DNA from: Setoptus koraiensis
Taxonomy: Eukaryota > Animalia > Arthropoda
Direction: 5' to 3'
NCBI GenBank assembly: GCA_048013815.1
Contig: CM106585.1
Coordinates: forward strand, 21,886,001 to 21,950,000
DNA: 64,000 nucleotides
Part shown: positions 13,201 through 24,450 of the stretch, one piece after another
Layout: each line of letters starts with the position of its first letter
Numbering within the stretch: the first letter of the stretch is position 1
Notes under the pieces: model-generated
What the model saw: only the letters and a program-made list of their open reading frames with translations
The model's database searches: none
Told to the model about the DNA's origin: nothing
Program-made: the position numbers and the translations under genes

Positions 13201-13917
13201 TATTTGCGATGTAAACACTGCTTGAGCTGTTTTGACATCTCGTGTGTCGAAAATGTTGCAACACGCCAACAAACTGGAATATTTGTTGTTTGTTTGGTCG
13301 TTATTGGTGTTCGACTTTAATTTATTTGTCAATTGTTTCAACTTTTTATCTGTCGTGGGGGCTCCAGTATTTTTATCGCCTGTTGCTGGTGCTGATTGTT
13401 GGCGATATTTTAGCCGCAGTGATCGACCCCAGATCAGCTGACTCGCGTCAGTGTTGGTGTCAGTCACGTTGAATATCCAAACATTATCATTTTTATCACC
13501 CAATTTTATCAATTTATCCTCCCAAACTGGCTTATTTATCTGAGAACCTAGAATATCATCAGAGCAAGATGATGTGACCGGAGAATCATGATCCAATGAA
13601 TTAGACAGAATGGACCATTCCAAGTTTATAGCCTCTCTTGTTTGGCTAGTATTATTATTATCATTTGAGACAGTGAGGGTAACCGTTTTCGTGGGCTCAA
13701 TCAAATCTAGATGAGCTTCAATTTTGAGATTATTGAAAGGTGTCGCTTTCACTGGTGTAAATGTGATGTTGCCGTAGATGCCTCCTGAATCAATTAGACA
13801 AACATATTGGCCATTGCTATAAATAATAGTGGACGTGAACTGTAGAAACAAAACAGATAAGAGCGGAGCCAACCATAATGAAAGGCGGTATGTATTTCCT
13901 ACCGTGGTGACTGACAT
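10282..13917 (-). CDS. SOD-repeat protein (Rsod/CSRP-like) with ~6 Cu/Zn-SOD-like domains, signal peptide and C-terminal hydrophobic anchor; single exon, 1211 aa
   Basis: Repeated SOD-fold motifs: C..(R/K)VGDL..KHG and PL.G..S(I/V)IGRS.V, with GRS-type blocks six times. Hydrophobic N-terminus (LSLWLAPLLSVLFLQF) and C-terminus (YYFAIHLVYAIIIMYIF). Confidence 0.85.
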   Translation of the reverse strand: MSVTTVGNTYRLSLWLAPLLSVLFLQFTSTIIYSNGQYVCLIDSGGIYGNITFTPVKATPFNNLKIEAHLDLIEPTKTVTLTVSNDNNNTSQTREAINLEWSILSNSLDHDSPVTSSCSDDILGSQINKPVWEDKLIKLGDKNDNVWIFNVTDTNTDASQLIWGRSLRLKYRQQSAPATGDKNTGAPTTDKKLKQLTNKLKSNTNNDQTNNKYSSLLACCNIFDTRDVKTAQAVFTSQIGGRVVFRGNQEGLTLISSDLYHIKSKLSTRHEWKILASDILDERRHESECRYLQVLFDPNNVGEDQDCKRDSHNNCRMGDFTKKHGLINIAGVGKNTRSTVIDKNLPISALEGSRSLFLAIFEQGSTLPAASGNKTTNSKNIVSCAQIVPFKTRQVEATIQSEGVSGWMRFSQRHFSEPTYISYDIHNLEGNVKNFRIHELPSGLSGINQSENCSNLGKVFNPYKVNSHVDSTANNKTVEMSTIGRLKSLENFEVGSLDLKHGHLVLMESEYEDHYAGKWTDLNLPLFGRNSIIGRSLALRKNNGDTWLCANIDYFEDSVKTAVATFYYPIVGRITFRQLSEDSEAETSVLVELHNVDETVAGDSFDHNWQLHLKPALADFYNWSSRCESVSDIYDPFQAAANLNPDQYSRQCRSGPELRCRVGDLAGKSNEKVMLTSDYSNRSVLYYHDMFLPLSKHYSVIGRSVVVYDEKSPTQRGNRLACTTIKASHPLKASIKLWNSGPSIPSAVQGSVTFRQESAKMATQIQMDLNGLEGNVEHYGIHDAWSMEDKEFPCSNDSVYDLYDPYDQENNFRLPPTAHFGPLQTSDQFKVGDLSKKHGLIEATGSVTRHYSDANLPLFAPKSIIGRSMVLRTRATNFRWVCGNIELDYDRHETREIVGVASFDDPRSNVAGYVRFRQLEHKDGSLSDTWIQLDLRTHNNGAGEFHISYNHNWAIYVNQVGADAYNSVDNVRCIASGFKWNPYLAQDKSDLYKNKCTIKEPLTCAMGDLGLRHGYLTLGPNNRQMFSDSNLPLVGNYSIMGRSLIIFDNRAPNVKLACANIFPDIHLLSNVVIRRNPSFTVAKFIEQMRSLLGAADWLIVPELKATKLVADGECVQMTIHFYGQKAHQLQIEVNNLITFGHVRKATRHGTEKISTHFKLCRTVFETSASGPSSLFHSSHHRYSYYFAIHLVYAIIIMYIFDQQTTTFSLFT

Positions 13918-14019
13918 ACTAAAGGCCGAACTTTTGATTGATCAGAAAAGTAGAGAATTGAATCAAGATTAGTAATTGGGTACATGAACTTTCATAAGTT
14001 TCATTGTGCTCGAAGTGGT

Positions 14020-14560
14020 GCAGTTGAATCAAAATCAGTATCGATCCCGTTCTTGAAAAGAATCGGGCTTTTCCTCAGGTTTCGAACCTGGTTTCTCATC
14101 CAAACCGGCAGTAATATCAATTTCCAGATCGTCGGAAACATTTTGTTGAGGCTCTACATCAACTGCGAGAGACTCGAGAGACGGTTCGACACTTTCATCA
14201 GATGGCTGTCGCTCAAGTTCGGGATCAGTAGACAATTCCTTCGTCTTCCTAGCAGTCTTCTTCGGCATTTCTGCAACCTATGATTGAACTTCTGCTGCAC
14301 CAACAAATGTTGGTGTTTCAGTTGAAACCAGATCAGAGTCAATTAGTTGTGGTTGTTGCGAATCTGGCTTCTCGCCAGCGTTAGGAGTTGGTTTTTTCTC
14401 TCGACCGGCAATTATATCAACTTCCAGATCTTTAAAGACCTCTCATTGTGGCTCTTTGGCATGTCTTCAGCATTTCTGATTGAACCTCTATTGCATCAAT
14501 AAATGTTGGCGCCTCTGATGAATCTAGGCCAGCATCTCGTTTATCGTCAAAACTCACCTA
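14020..14560 (-). pseudogene. Decayed ORF built of ~200-300 bp imperfect internal repeats (acidic, Pro/Glu/Lys-rich)
   Basis: Repeated blocks DLE(I/V)DI(T/I)AG..EKPDS and PTF(V/I).A.EVQS..EM are interrupted by an in-frame TAG and frameshifts. Confidence 0.45.
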
Positions 14561-15982
14561 ATGTCAGCTCCGAATTGAGTTTATTCTTCTTTAGACCAGT
14601 GGACATATAGATCTTTTTATTCTAATTATGATTTAGTCTTTTTCAATTCCTTCAGTAAAATTAATAACAACTGTATTACGCTGCCGTCATTGGGAGGGTC
14701 AATGTTTTGATTATCCGATTCGGTCATGCAAATATCTCTCATCTGGCCTCTTGTTCATCTAAGGTTGGTGAAGGCAGACATTTCAATAATAAAGTGGTGC
14801 ATCCAATTGAATGATTAATTCTTGTTGTTGTTAATATGGTATAGATAGGCTGCCGATACATCTCAACTGGATTGCAGTATTTGTGGTGGCGAGATTAAAG
14901 AAGGACAACGACAGCATGCAACAACGGGCTCGCTTTCTCTCTTGAGTGAGACCTACTTTCGAACGGTAATACTTTAGTTCTTGAACTCACAGTATCACTC
15001 AACAAACTATTAAACATTGGATAGTGTGAGCCAAGAATGAGAAAAGAAGAAAGTGACCACGTAGATGTTCTTGAGTCTCGGTCAGCTGACACTGTTATCA
15101 AAGTCGACAGGTTAAAGTTGGCTTGGATATAACAGTAGATTGCAAAACTGGTTTCCAGTGTACCTGTTTCTGCACACATTCGACTAACTTCACTTGATTA
15201 CTTGGTCGAAGTATGTTTATTCGTTGCTGATGTACCTTCGAACTGAATCACAAGATGGCGTCAAATATATAGCGAGACCTTCTCGAGATTCTAATTCCTC
15301 TAAACAGAACAACAAAACAACCAACAACTAGTTGGGCATTCATCGCCCATTTATGTCGGCTTAAATATATACTTGATTTGGTACTGCCGCTAGGCGGTTG
15401 CAATTGAGTGAATTTGAAGTGCACATGTCAATGCGTTTGTTAGCGAAACAACAATCAAAAAAGTGGAGACAGTCAAAGAGAGAATGAATGAGAGTTCAAA
15501 GAGATTATTATTATCCAATCTAGAGATAATAATAATTGCCTCTTAGATGAGGTCGGCTTAGTAGTTATCAATTTGTTGCGCAAAAGTATGAATAATCTTC
15601 TGTCTAGTCTAAATGCTTATTGCCTTAATGTACTAGAGGTTAAGCCGCCTGCTGGTTGATGCGTTCCAGATAAGCTCCGCTTGTTCTGGGATCACCTGGC
15701 CGTATTTTCTACGACCAACATAAAGTTGGTTGATAAGCTAATGTTAGAAGTTGCAACTTGCATCATCAACAACAACAATAATCGTCTAATTGTGCCTAAT
15801 ACTCAGTAGATAAAGTGAAGATTACATCATGTGTGAATGTGAATTTATTATCGACTTTTAATTGATATACGGCCCAATCGGTCTCACGAGAATCGTTCGC
15901 TCAGTCACTAGATTTCTAGCCACTTTCCTCCAGTGAAATAGAGTGTATGTAAAAAGCGATGACTAGTGACAGCGTACAATGA

Positions 15983-16065
15983 TTGATTCGATTCGAATCC
16001 ACTCGATTCAATTCGATTCGAATCAATTCGTTTCAAGTCGATTCTATTCGATTCAATTCGAGTCG
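15983..16065. repeat. Degenerate (ATTCG/ATTCA)n pentanucleotide repeat
   Basis: Directly visible run of ATTCG-like units. Confidence 0.75.
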
Positions 16066-16730
16066 GAACATTCTTGGCAAATCTAGTCGGACTATCCGGG
16101 GAGAATCCGATAATCTTCTACCAATCTAAATAATATTCGAAACCTGTTGCTGACCAACACTGACCAGTCAACTTGCACAAAGATTTTAGTTGTTGTGTCT
16201 GCCCTTTTTGGCGCCTGCAAATAAATTGCAAGGCAATAGGTTCTCTACCCTCGTAATAGTTGCCTCAACCGCCAAGATCGAGCATAAACAATTACTAATG
16301 CTCTCATCAACTGAGCACCATGAACATAACTGTGGAAGCAAGTCAGACCAAACTAGGCACCGATGCCTGCCTGGGACTGGCCGATAAACCGACTAGGCCG
16401 GTTTAGCGGTAAGCCAATCGGTTATTGTTGTTTCTCACTCACCAACCCAATGCCTCTGAGTAAGACCGTCTTGGCGTTTGTGTATTCGAGCGTCGTTCTC
16501 ACCTCTGGTCATCGTTGCTTGCGTATAACCCCCTCTTCACATATGAATTTATTCAATAGGACTAACACTCGCAATCAGCGCTAACTATGTTCGAACTTTC
16601 ATTTGATCAACAGCAACGAGAGAAGGCAGAGAGAAAAAAGTGGAGGGGAATCTCAATTAGTTGAAGCATCTATAATCAGTCATCTCTCTATCTTCCTCTT
16701 CCTTTTGATTATGTTCATGCACCTTAATGT

Positions 16731-16734
<4 letters not shown>

Positions 16735-16775
<41 letters not shown>
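16735..16775. repeat. Compound (CT)n(AT)n microsatellite
   Basis: Directly visible. Confidence 0.85.
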
Positions 16776-18915
16776 CGTGTTCATTCATTCATTTACAACA
16801 AGATCATCATCTGATACTATTCTTGCCACTCGAGCACCACTTAATGTATTCATAGTATACATTATGAGGAGAAACACCATTGGAGCATTGGAGAAACAGC
16901 CAGGTGAGGAATCATATATTATTTTTCTTTTCTTTTTTTTTTCTGCTTCGCTGCTGATTTGAAATCGCCAAACTGGGCAACAACAAGAACGAAAATAACA
17001 TAAATAATATATGATTGATAGTGAGTATCAAATTGATGATCAACCCACCTGATTATAGATTAGATTTGATCAATATTCTGTGAGCAACAGTCAGCACGCT
17101 CTTATTGTTGGATCTCAACCCGATTTGTCAGACAGGCAACTGGGAATGTGTGCTTTATCCCGGGAGAAACCCGAGCCTATCCAATCGCTAGAGTTAATTT
17201 TGTTTACACCAATAAGCCAAATTAATCAAAGTCATTGTCTATAGCTAACTTGTCAGATAATAATCGGAATGATGATATTAATAATTGGGTCGCTGTTGGA
17301 TGATTCTCGCTAACTCACTGGCTAGCTTGGTACGAATTGGCTGTGTTTTTTTGTTGCTGTTGCATATCCTGCAACCAAAACAGCAAGCCGCCAAGAAACA
17401 AGCCACGAACTTAAGATGAACGCAAATTGCGAACGCTGTGTTAATTGTTGCATCATATGGTGTAGAAGAATAATCCATTATTTTAATCTCATGTATGAAA
17501 TTCAAACTTCTCTCTGTTTTGCTCTCACTATCGCTAGCTATGTGCTCTAGATATAGGAATACCCCCTCGAGTTATGTAATGCAAGTCGATGATGAGTTCT
17601 ACTGCACACAAACACAAGAATGCAATCAAACATTTGAAAACAAAACCTTAACTCTATGCTACAGTAATTACCAAAATGAATACACGCTGCATGGAAGTGT
17701 AGTAATGATAATGCCGCTCTATCTATAGGGAAAACTATTATTTTTGTCGCTCTGGTGTAGTTGGTTGTTGCTTGAAGCGAGTGAATCGCAACAAGTGAAT
17801 TTGTTTGCAAGCTGCTCGCTATCAGGCCCATAAGTCGTTATTTGGCGCTTAATGGGCTTGATATTAAGTAATAAATAGCTAATGTTGCCATTGGAGCAAA
17901 GCGAAAAGGGATGCCTGCTTTCGAAGATGCTTAGTTAATTACGGTACGTATATGTGTGTAAGTATATCATTCATAGTGGAACATAAATGACCGTCCGACC
18001 GACCCATTAAACACAAAGAGCATGTATGTGTTGGATAGGCAAGATAATGGGCCAAAAACAGTGATCAATCTCTATAAATACTCAACAATAACAGAGTTAA
18101 TGATCGTGATACGTATTGCTGTTGTTATTTTATGATTAGTTGAGGTAGACAGGCAAGTTGCAAGAAATATAATCTAATCAAATCGCATATCGTTAATATG
18201 TTATGGCTACAGTCATGGCATGTTATCTGACATGACATGGTGTGTGGCGCAATGAAGCCGAAACAAATAAAACAAAGGCCATTCATGATACATATCGCGA
18301 TTTTTGTACATAATAATGTAAGCGTAAACGGTGATTGATGTTTTGTGTATCATTGCATCGGCTGTCATTTGCCGTTGGATCTCATGTACGTGGAGTGAAT
18401 TTTCGAAAACAGTTGCAGCAGTTTGGCGAAGAATACACTTGCCCGAAGGCTCAGATTGTTGAGATGCATTCGAGGAGATAAACTTTCGGAAATGTTATGT
18501 AACAAAAGTGATGTTCCATCAGGTTGGCATCAGGATTAGATCAGATAACGACCTTAATGGTAACAGACTGGACGCGTAAATATTATCACATTGGTACAAG
18601 CACTGGTCACATTGGTGTGCTGGTTGGTGCCTATGCGGCGCGTTGGATGGATTTTTGAAAATACAATCATCATCATGGCAAGCTGGCTGGCGCCACACAA
18701 ACAGGATGATCATGCACTATACTCATTAAGGCATGCATTATTTATAGTCCACTGCCGCAAGTGGAGTGAAGTAAGCAACTAATCTCGATTAGTGGCAAGC
18801 TGAGCGAGGAGAGGAGGAAAAACAGAAAACTTGCGAGCTCGGCAAGATAGTAAATGGTGCACGATTCAAGATTACGATTCCGTGGCGTGATTATGTTATG
18901 TCAGGCGCACTTGTC

Positions 18916-18916
18916 G

Positions 18917-19005
<89 letters not shown>
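18916..19005. repeat. (GTT)30 perfect trinucleotide microsatellite
   Basis: 30 uninterrupted GTT units. Confidence 0.95.
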
Positions 19006-19007
<2 letters not shown>

Positions 19008-19517
19008 CGGGATGACTCTCGAGCGTGTAAATCATGCCCGCTTGCAATAATGAATAATAATGTTGGTGGCCTTGTTTACGCACACCCCAACTGACCGATA
19101 CAAGCGTGGCGAGCCGAAGCGCAACATGCCGCCTGAATGCGTTAGCACTGAATATGCTTGCCCGAAATAATGGCCGATCGATATTGACCGGATCTAGACA
19201 TGCAACAAGTGGCGATATTGTGAAGTGCATATATACATATTTATATAAAGTTGGCGTGGCCGGTATCGAGAAAGGGGTGAGCACGAGAATCAATCTTTGC
19301 CGGCGCGCCCTTCCCGAAGACTGTACGGCGTAGAGTGTTGGCAACAGTTATTGCCAGAGCGGTCATTGTTTACAATGGTGTCTGATGGCCGACATTTTGA
19401 AAGTATCACCCAATTATAGATGCAGCGACGGATATGTGGATATGACTCATATCATACAGTATGTATGAGGCTCTAGAATGCATGTGAAGAGAGAATTTTT
19501 TTATGGGATCGCTCGTC

Positions 19518-19585
19518 GTGTGAGTGTGTGGGGGTCTAAATTGGTTCGGTCTGGCAGGCTCAACTAGACCCCCACACTCGCACAC
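19518..19585 (+). ncRNA. Pre-miRNA-like hairpin resembling mir-279
   Basis: 21-bp stem (19518-19538 with 19565-19585, 2 mismatches) around a 26-nt loop region that can pair further. The 3' arm CAACUAGACCCCCACACUCGCA resembles miR-279 UGACUAGAUCCACACUCAU. Confidence 0.5.
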
Positions 19586-21312
19586 TGGTTGGTTAGCTGC
19601 ACCGTACTGTAGTATAGGACAGGATGGGATAGTCACCATCGAACAGTGTACTGTGTAATGGGCAGTATAGGCAGAGCTGTTAGCGAATTTTGTTCATGCT
19701 AAATGGCCGGATTTGCACTCCCTCGTTGGCGTTTGCGTCGGCGTCTTGAGCTCTCGTAGCCAGAAGCGAACTTTTAGAGCGGTAGCATCTTGCTGCTACA
19801 AGCTGTACAAGCTGTACAGCAAGGTTGCATTAGTTGGGGGGGGGGAGGCGTGAGCGAACTATTAGGGAAAGTATTAGGGACTGTATCATGGAGGCGCGCA
19901 TGTAATGCGCCGGTAGCAGTGGCTGGCGCCAATGATGCCATTAGTGATGAATAGCCCATTGAGGCAACGTGAGCAAAAGTTCTATTTGTTGCCGGCTCAC
20001 CAACTCAACACTCGCTGCGAACTGGGCTGCGAATTGCGAACTGCGAGTAAACACAAATGTAAGAGTGTTAACTGTTTGCATACATGCGCACACTCGCCAC
20101 ACAACCAACAAACAGTCAATACAGTCAGGCAGTGTGTTTACAAGCGACAGAACAAGCAGCACGAATTGAACAACAACGGCCGCTCACATGGAAACTGGGC
20201 GATTGTGCGATGATAGAATTGTTAGCTGAAAGCGTGTGGTCTGCGAGTTGTGCTGTGCTGTGCTGTGCAAACATACCATGTACTGTACATACCAAGTACA
20301 CCCGTTCATCAGTGTTCTCAGCGGCGTAACCCGACCAACATCTCAGATAATCCCGTCTCCGTCGAGATATACGTTTTGATATTTTCATTTTATTTTATTT
20401 TATTATTTATAATTCCGCTGAACGCCACGCCGGCCACAATGTCAGCCGCCGTATCTACAGTTATCACTACTTTGTAACGACACTAATTACTACACACACG
20501 TAATTGTTATATTTATCAAGGCAACACCACAACCACTATATCTTATTACCATACACAGTTGAGCGCAACGACAAACAACAAGAGTCACAAATTATACGCC
20601 GAACGCATCCGACAATCTCTTCAGCGACTCTCTAAGTACTCTCGGCTGCTGCTTTGATATACATCCCGATGACACTCGTCGTGTCGCTGTTTCCATAGCC
20701 AATACTATAATTAGAACAACGAGATAACACGTAACTGTAAACGCCAGCCAAGTGTAAACAAGAACAAAGCCAACACACAAATTATCATCCAGATAATCAT
20801 GCCGCACTGAATCGTTGTAACAAAGCTTGTCCTTCACTCGAATGCCTTCAACTTGCCATATCCATTATTATCATTACCACAACAGCTACTCGTACTATTA
20901 CTATTTGCACAACAAACACACATCATTATTACTATTATTATTTTACAAAACAATCTATTTTAATACACACAGTAATAACACTATTTACTGTCAAGGACGA
21001 AGGAACATCTTTTATGATAGTTACCCTGATGATTGCTTGAATTCCATCAACACAATACAAAACAAGACAATTTTACACAGGACACACACAACAAACGCAA
21101 TTTTGCGCCATATAGCACACCAACTAACCGACTGACCTTCGTTGTTTGCCAACAACAAACCACCTCATCACCTATCAGATGCCATAGAAACATAAGTGAT
21201 ATGATCATAATTTGACCAACCCGCAGCCATACTACAACGCCAACACCAATACGCCATAACACTCAGCTGCAATCCATTGTTAACCATCCCTATTCCCAAA
21301 ATAGCAGCTCAA

Positions 21313-24300
21313 ATGCCAAAGAAACACATTTATAACGACGTGACGACGCCAGACAAAAACGATTATGACGACAACAATAACGAAGATTCGGAGGAAATAT
21401 CCAAAACTCCTCGAGTCACCTCTACGCCAAACGGGTCCAACGAGACCAGATTGAACGACAGTTTCGACAATATGACCATTGACTCTCTTAACAACAGCGG
21501 CAGCCAAAACAATACAGGTGGCGAGGTCATTGGAGTGGACGAAATCGACCTATTACCAGGTGCCAACAAACATCATAACAACTGTACTAACGGTAGTAGC
21601 ATCTCAGATCAGGCCAAACATCACCTAAATGGAAGAATTTCGGCCCTCGAAAACACTGTCTCCTCACTCCAGAACGAAATTAGTCAACTCAAAAGTCTTG
21701 TTGAGAAACTTGTTAATCACAATGAGAAGAGCCAACCGGTTGTAAAACCAGCTCTTCCAAAGATCTCAACACCAGTCAAGAATGATCTTCATTTATTTGA
21801 ACAAAAATTAATAGTTGATGCCATTAACGATCTGTCCATTGATCCTATCACTAACTGTCATGAAAGTGTTCTTAATAACAACAATAACAATCTATTATGC
21901 ACTAACAATACCAAAACATATACCAAAGGAAACACTCAATTGCCAATTCCAAGGCCGGTTGCAACACTAAATCGTTACAATGCCTCAAATAGCTTAAATT
22001 ACAACCATATCCAACAAAATTCATCAAGTCCACCAGCGAGTTCCAATTTCAATAACACCCACCATCTTGGTGCGACATATAGAACTACGACTCGAAGATT
22101 TAACAGCCACTACAATTCCTCTATGTCACTTCAAAGTGAAGAGGCAAGATCTAACAACTCCTCTGTATCCCCTAATCCACCAGCATCGCCCACATTTTCT
22201 AGAAACAGTAATAATAGGCCTCACAACTCTGTCCTCGCCGTATCACCGTCCTCGTCAAGACTTTCAATAAACCAGCAACAGAGAGCATCAATCTCCAACT
22301 ATCCTACCATCAGAAAGTCATCTCTGGCTTCTCATTCAATTTCCAATCTATCGGTCTCAAGTAGATTGAATAAGTGGTCATCGCTCAGTGATGTCAATGG
22401 TCCTGTTCTTAATAACAGTCAGCGTATGAGAGAAGTCTATTTGGCCTTGGAAGATGGAGCCATAAAGATGGCACTTTACAATAGAGTCTTCACATTCAGT
22501 GTGCCAACATCATTTTTAGATCAAGATTATTCCCTGGAAAAAGTCAACGGTTTACCTTCCTCGAGATTGAAATTGGATTGGGTGCACGGATATAGAGGCC
22601 GTGATTGTAGATGTAATCTTTACTTGCTACCCACCGGAGAATATATTTATTTCGTGGGATCTGTTGTTGTACTGTACAATGTTGACGAACGCATTCAGCG
22701 ACACTACTTAGGCCACACTGAAGACATCAGCAGCCTTGCAGTTCACCCGAACAAGCTCGTGGTCGCCACTGGTCAGGTGGGAGGGATAGAAAGGAGTGAG
22801 AAAAGACCTCTAATCAAAATATGGAGCTCTGTAAGCCTCAATACTTTACAAGTCATAGGAGTGAATGGAGAATTTGAAACATCAATAGCATGCTTAGCCT
22901 TCTCTAGGTTAGACGGTGGTAATATTTTGGCAGTTGTAGATGAAACAAAGGAGCATAATCTATCTCTTTGGGATTGGCAACAACGAACAAGTACCTCCCC
23001 AGAGAACTATGGTGTGAAACCTGCTGTCAAATTATCTGAGTCGTTCAGCGGACCAGAGAAAGTATTAGTCATGGAATTTCACCCGATAGACAGATTCTGT
23101 CTCATCAGCCTTGGGAAATCGCACATTTACTTTTGGGACATAGAAGGGTGCACGCTCACGAAGAAAGCCGGTTTATTTGACAAATACGATAAGCCCAAAT
23201 TCGTGTTAAATTTAGCATTCAACGATTTCGGTGACGCCATCACTGGAGACTCCAATGGAAACATAGTGATTTGGCCGAGGGGATCTAACAGACCCTTGAG
23301 AACTATTTATAACGCTCACACCGGAGGTGTCTTTACAATACTATCTTTGAGTGATGGAAGATTTTTAACAGGTGGCGGGAAAGATAGAAGGATAGTTGAA
23401 TGGGACCAGGAATTTAACAGAACTGGAATTGAAGCTGAACTACCGGAGCATTGTGGCGGAATTAGAATCTTGAGCACCGGCAAGTCCTCAAATATAATAG
23501 TCGGAACAATGCGCAATTGTATTTTACAAGGATCATTATCTCAGAACTTTTCTATTGTTGTCCAAGGCCACACCGAGATGGCCACCTGTTTGGCTATACA
23601 TCCTACTCAAGATCAATACCTTTCTGGTGGATCGGATCATCTCATTCACTTATTTGATTCAATGTCACACAGTGTTGTTTGGAGCAAATGTGTAACAATG
23701 CCCGCAACCTCAGCCAGCTTTTCACCCGATGGTAATCTTTTAATAGTGACCAGTGATTCAGGAAAATGGTGTGTGATTGATGCATTGACCCATGAGATAA
23801 TATTCACATGTAGCACAGAAGGTAACCCAAAATTGACATGTGTAAAATTTTCTCCCTCCGGAGATTACTTTTGTATCGGAACAAGCGACGGCAAGATCTA
23901 CGTGTATGGAGTGAGTGATAGAGGAAGTAGCTTTTGCCGGATGGGCGTCTGCTCTGCTCATTGTTCCGCGGTCAAGGAGATAGACTGGAGCAAGGACGGA
24001 TTGTATTTCCAAAGCCAAACAGTCGACTTAGAGATTCTTCTTTGGAAAGCCTCTATCTGTCGTCAAATCACGAACACGGCCATTGTTCGTGATTTGGAGT
24101 GGCACACACACAACTGCACTGTGGGATTTCATGTATTCGGAATTTGGCCCAACACACAAAATGGAGTGCCAATCAATTACTGTGATAGATCTAGTGATGA
24201 GAAGCATTTGTTGGTCGCTAACGATGTTGGTTGCATAAGCCTCTACAATTGGCCCGCATCTTACCAGCAATGTCTCCATCATGATTATTTCGCCAACTGT

Positions 24301-24450
24301 AGCCATTTAAATATTGTGAAATTTCTTCCTAATGCCAAACAGCTTGTTGCAGTTGCCTCTAAAGACTGTTTAATTTCAGAGTGGAGCCTAGAGGCTAGTT
24401 CAACCCCAAGCACATTGAACCTCTCTCACAATGGTTTTTCTAGGAGGTGA
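21313..24450 (+). CDS. EML: Echinoderm microtubule-associated protein-like (EML1-4 type): coiled coil, HELP motif, WD40 repeats; single exon
   Basis: Trimerisation coil RISALENTVSSLQNEISQLKSLVEKL, HELP motif LKLDWVHGYRGRDCRCNLYLLPTGEYIYFVGSVVVLY, and many WD40 repeats. First ATG is at 21313 (the ORF track starts at a TTG at 21277). Confidence 0.93.
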   Translation: MPKKHIYNDVTTPDKNDYDDNNNEDSEEISKTPRVTSTPNGSNETRLNDSFDNMTIDSLNNSGSQNNTGGEVIGVDEIDLLPGANKHHNNCTNGSSISDQAKHHLNGRISALENTVSSLQNEISQLKSLVEKLVNHNEKSQPVVKPALPKISTPVKNDLHLFEQKLIVDAINDLSIDPITNCHESVLNNNNNNLLCTNNTKTYTKGNTQLPIPRPVATLNRYNASNSLNYNHIQQNSSSPPASSNFNNTHHLGATYRTTTRRFNSHYNSSMSLQSEEARSNNSSVSPNPPASPTFSRNSNNRPHNSVLAVSPSSSRLSINQQQRASISNYPTIRKSSLASHSISNLSVSSRLNKWSSLSDVNGPVLNNSQRMREVYLALEDGAIKMALYNRVFTFSVPTSFLDQDYSLEKVNGLPSSRLKLDWVHGYRGRDCRCNLYLLPTGEYIYFVGSVVVLYNVDERIQRHYLGHTEDISSLAVHPNKLVVATGQVGGIERSEKRPLIKIWSSVSLNTLQVIGVNGEFETSIACLAFSRLDGGNILAVVDETKEHNLSLWDWQQRTSTSPENYGVKPAVKLSESFSGPEKVLVMEFHPIDRFCLISLGKSHIYFWDIEGCTLTKKAGLFDKYDKPKFVLNLAFNDFGDAITGDSNGNIVIWPRGSNRPLRTIYNAHTGGVFTILSLSDGRFLTGGGKDRRIVEWDQEFNRTGIEAELPEHCGGIRILSTGKSSNIIVGTMRNCILQGSLSQNFSIVVQGHTEMATCLAIHPTQDQYLSGGSDHLIHLFDSMSHSVVWSKCVTMPATSASFSPDGNLLIVTSDSGKWCVIDALTHEIIFTCSTEGNPKLTCVKFSPSGDYFCIGTSDGKIYVYGVSDRGSSFCRMGVCSAHCSAVKEIDWSKDGLYFQSQTVDLEILLWKASICRQITNTAIVRDLEWHTHNCTVGFHVFGIWPNTQNGVPINYCDRSSDEKHLLVANDVGCISLYNWPASYQQCLHHDYFANCSHLNIVKFLPNAKQLVAVASKDCLISEWSLEASSTPSTLNLSHNGFSRR

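Noticed and set aside
15251-15260. YY1-like CAAGATGGCG motif
   Set aside because: Single motif with no associated transcript evidence.
18141-18162. TGAGGTAG let-7-like seed; similar 8-10 nt matches to miR-87 (19969), miR-252 (20633) and miR-3931 (24985)
   Set aside because: Short chance matches without supporting hairpins.
17278-20480. Numerous short ORFs, including the poly-Asn ORF at 18901-19344
   Set aside because: Explained by microsatellites and chance; no consistent exon chain.
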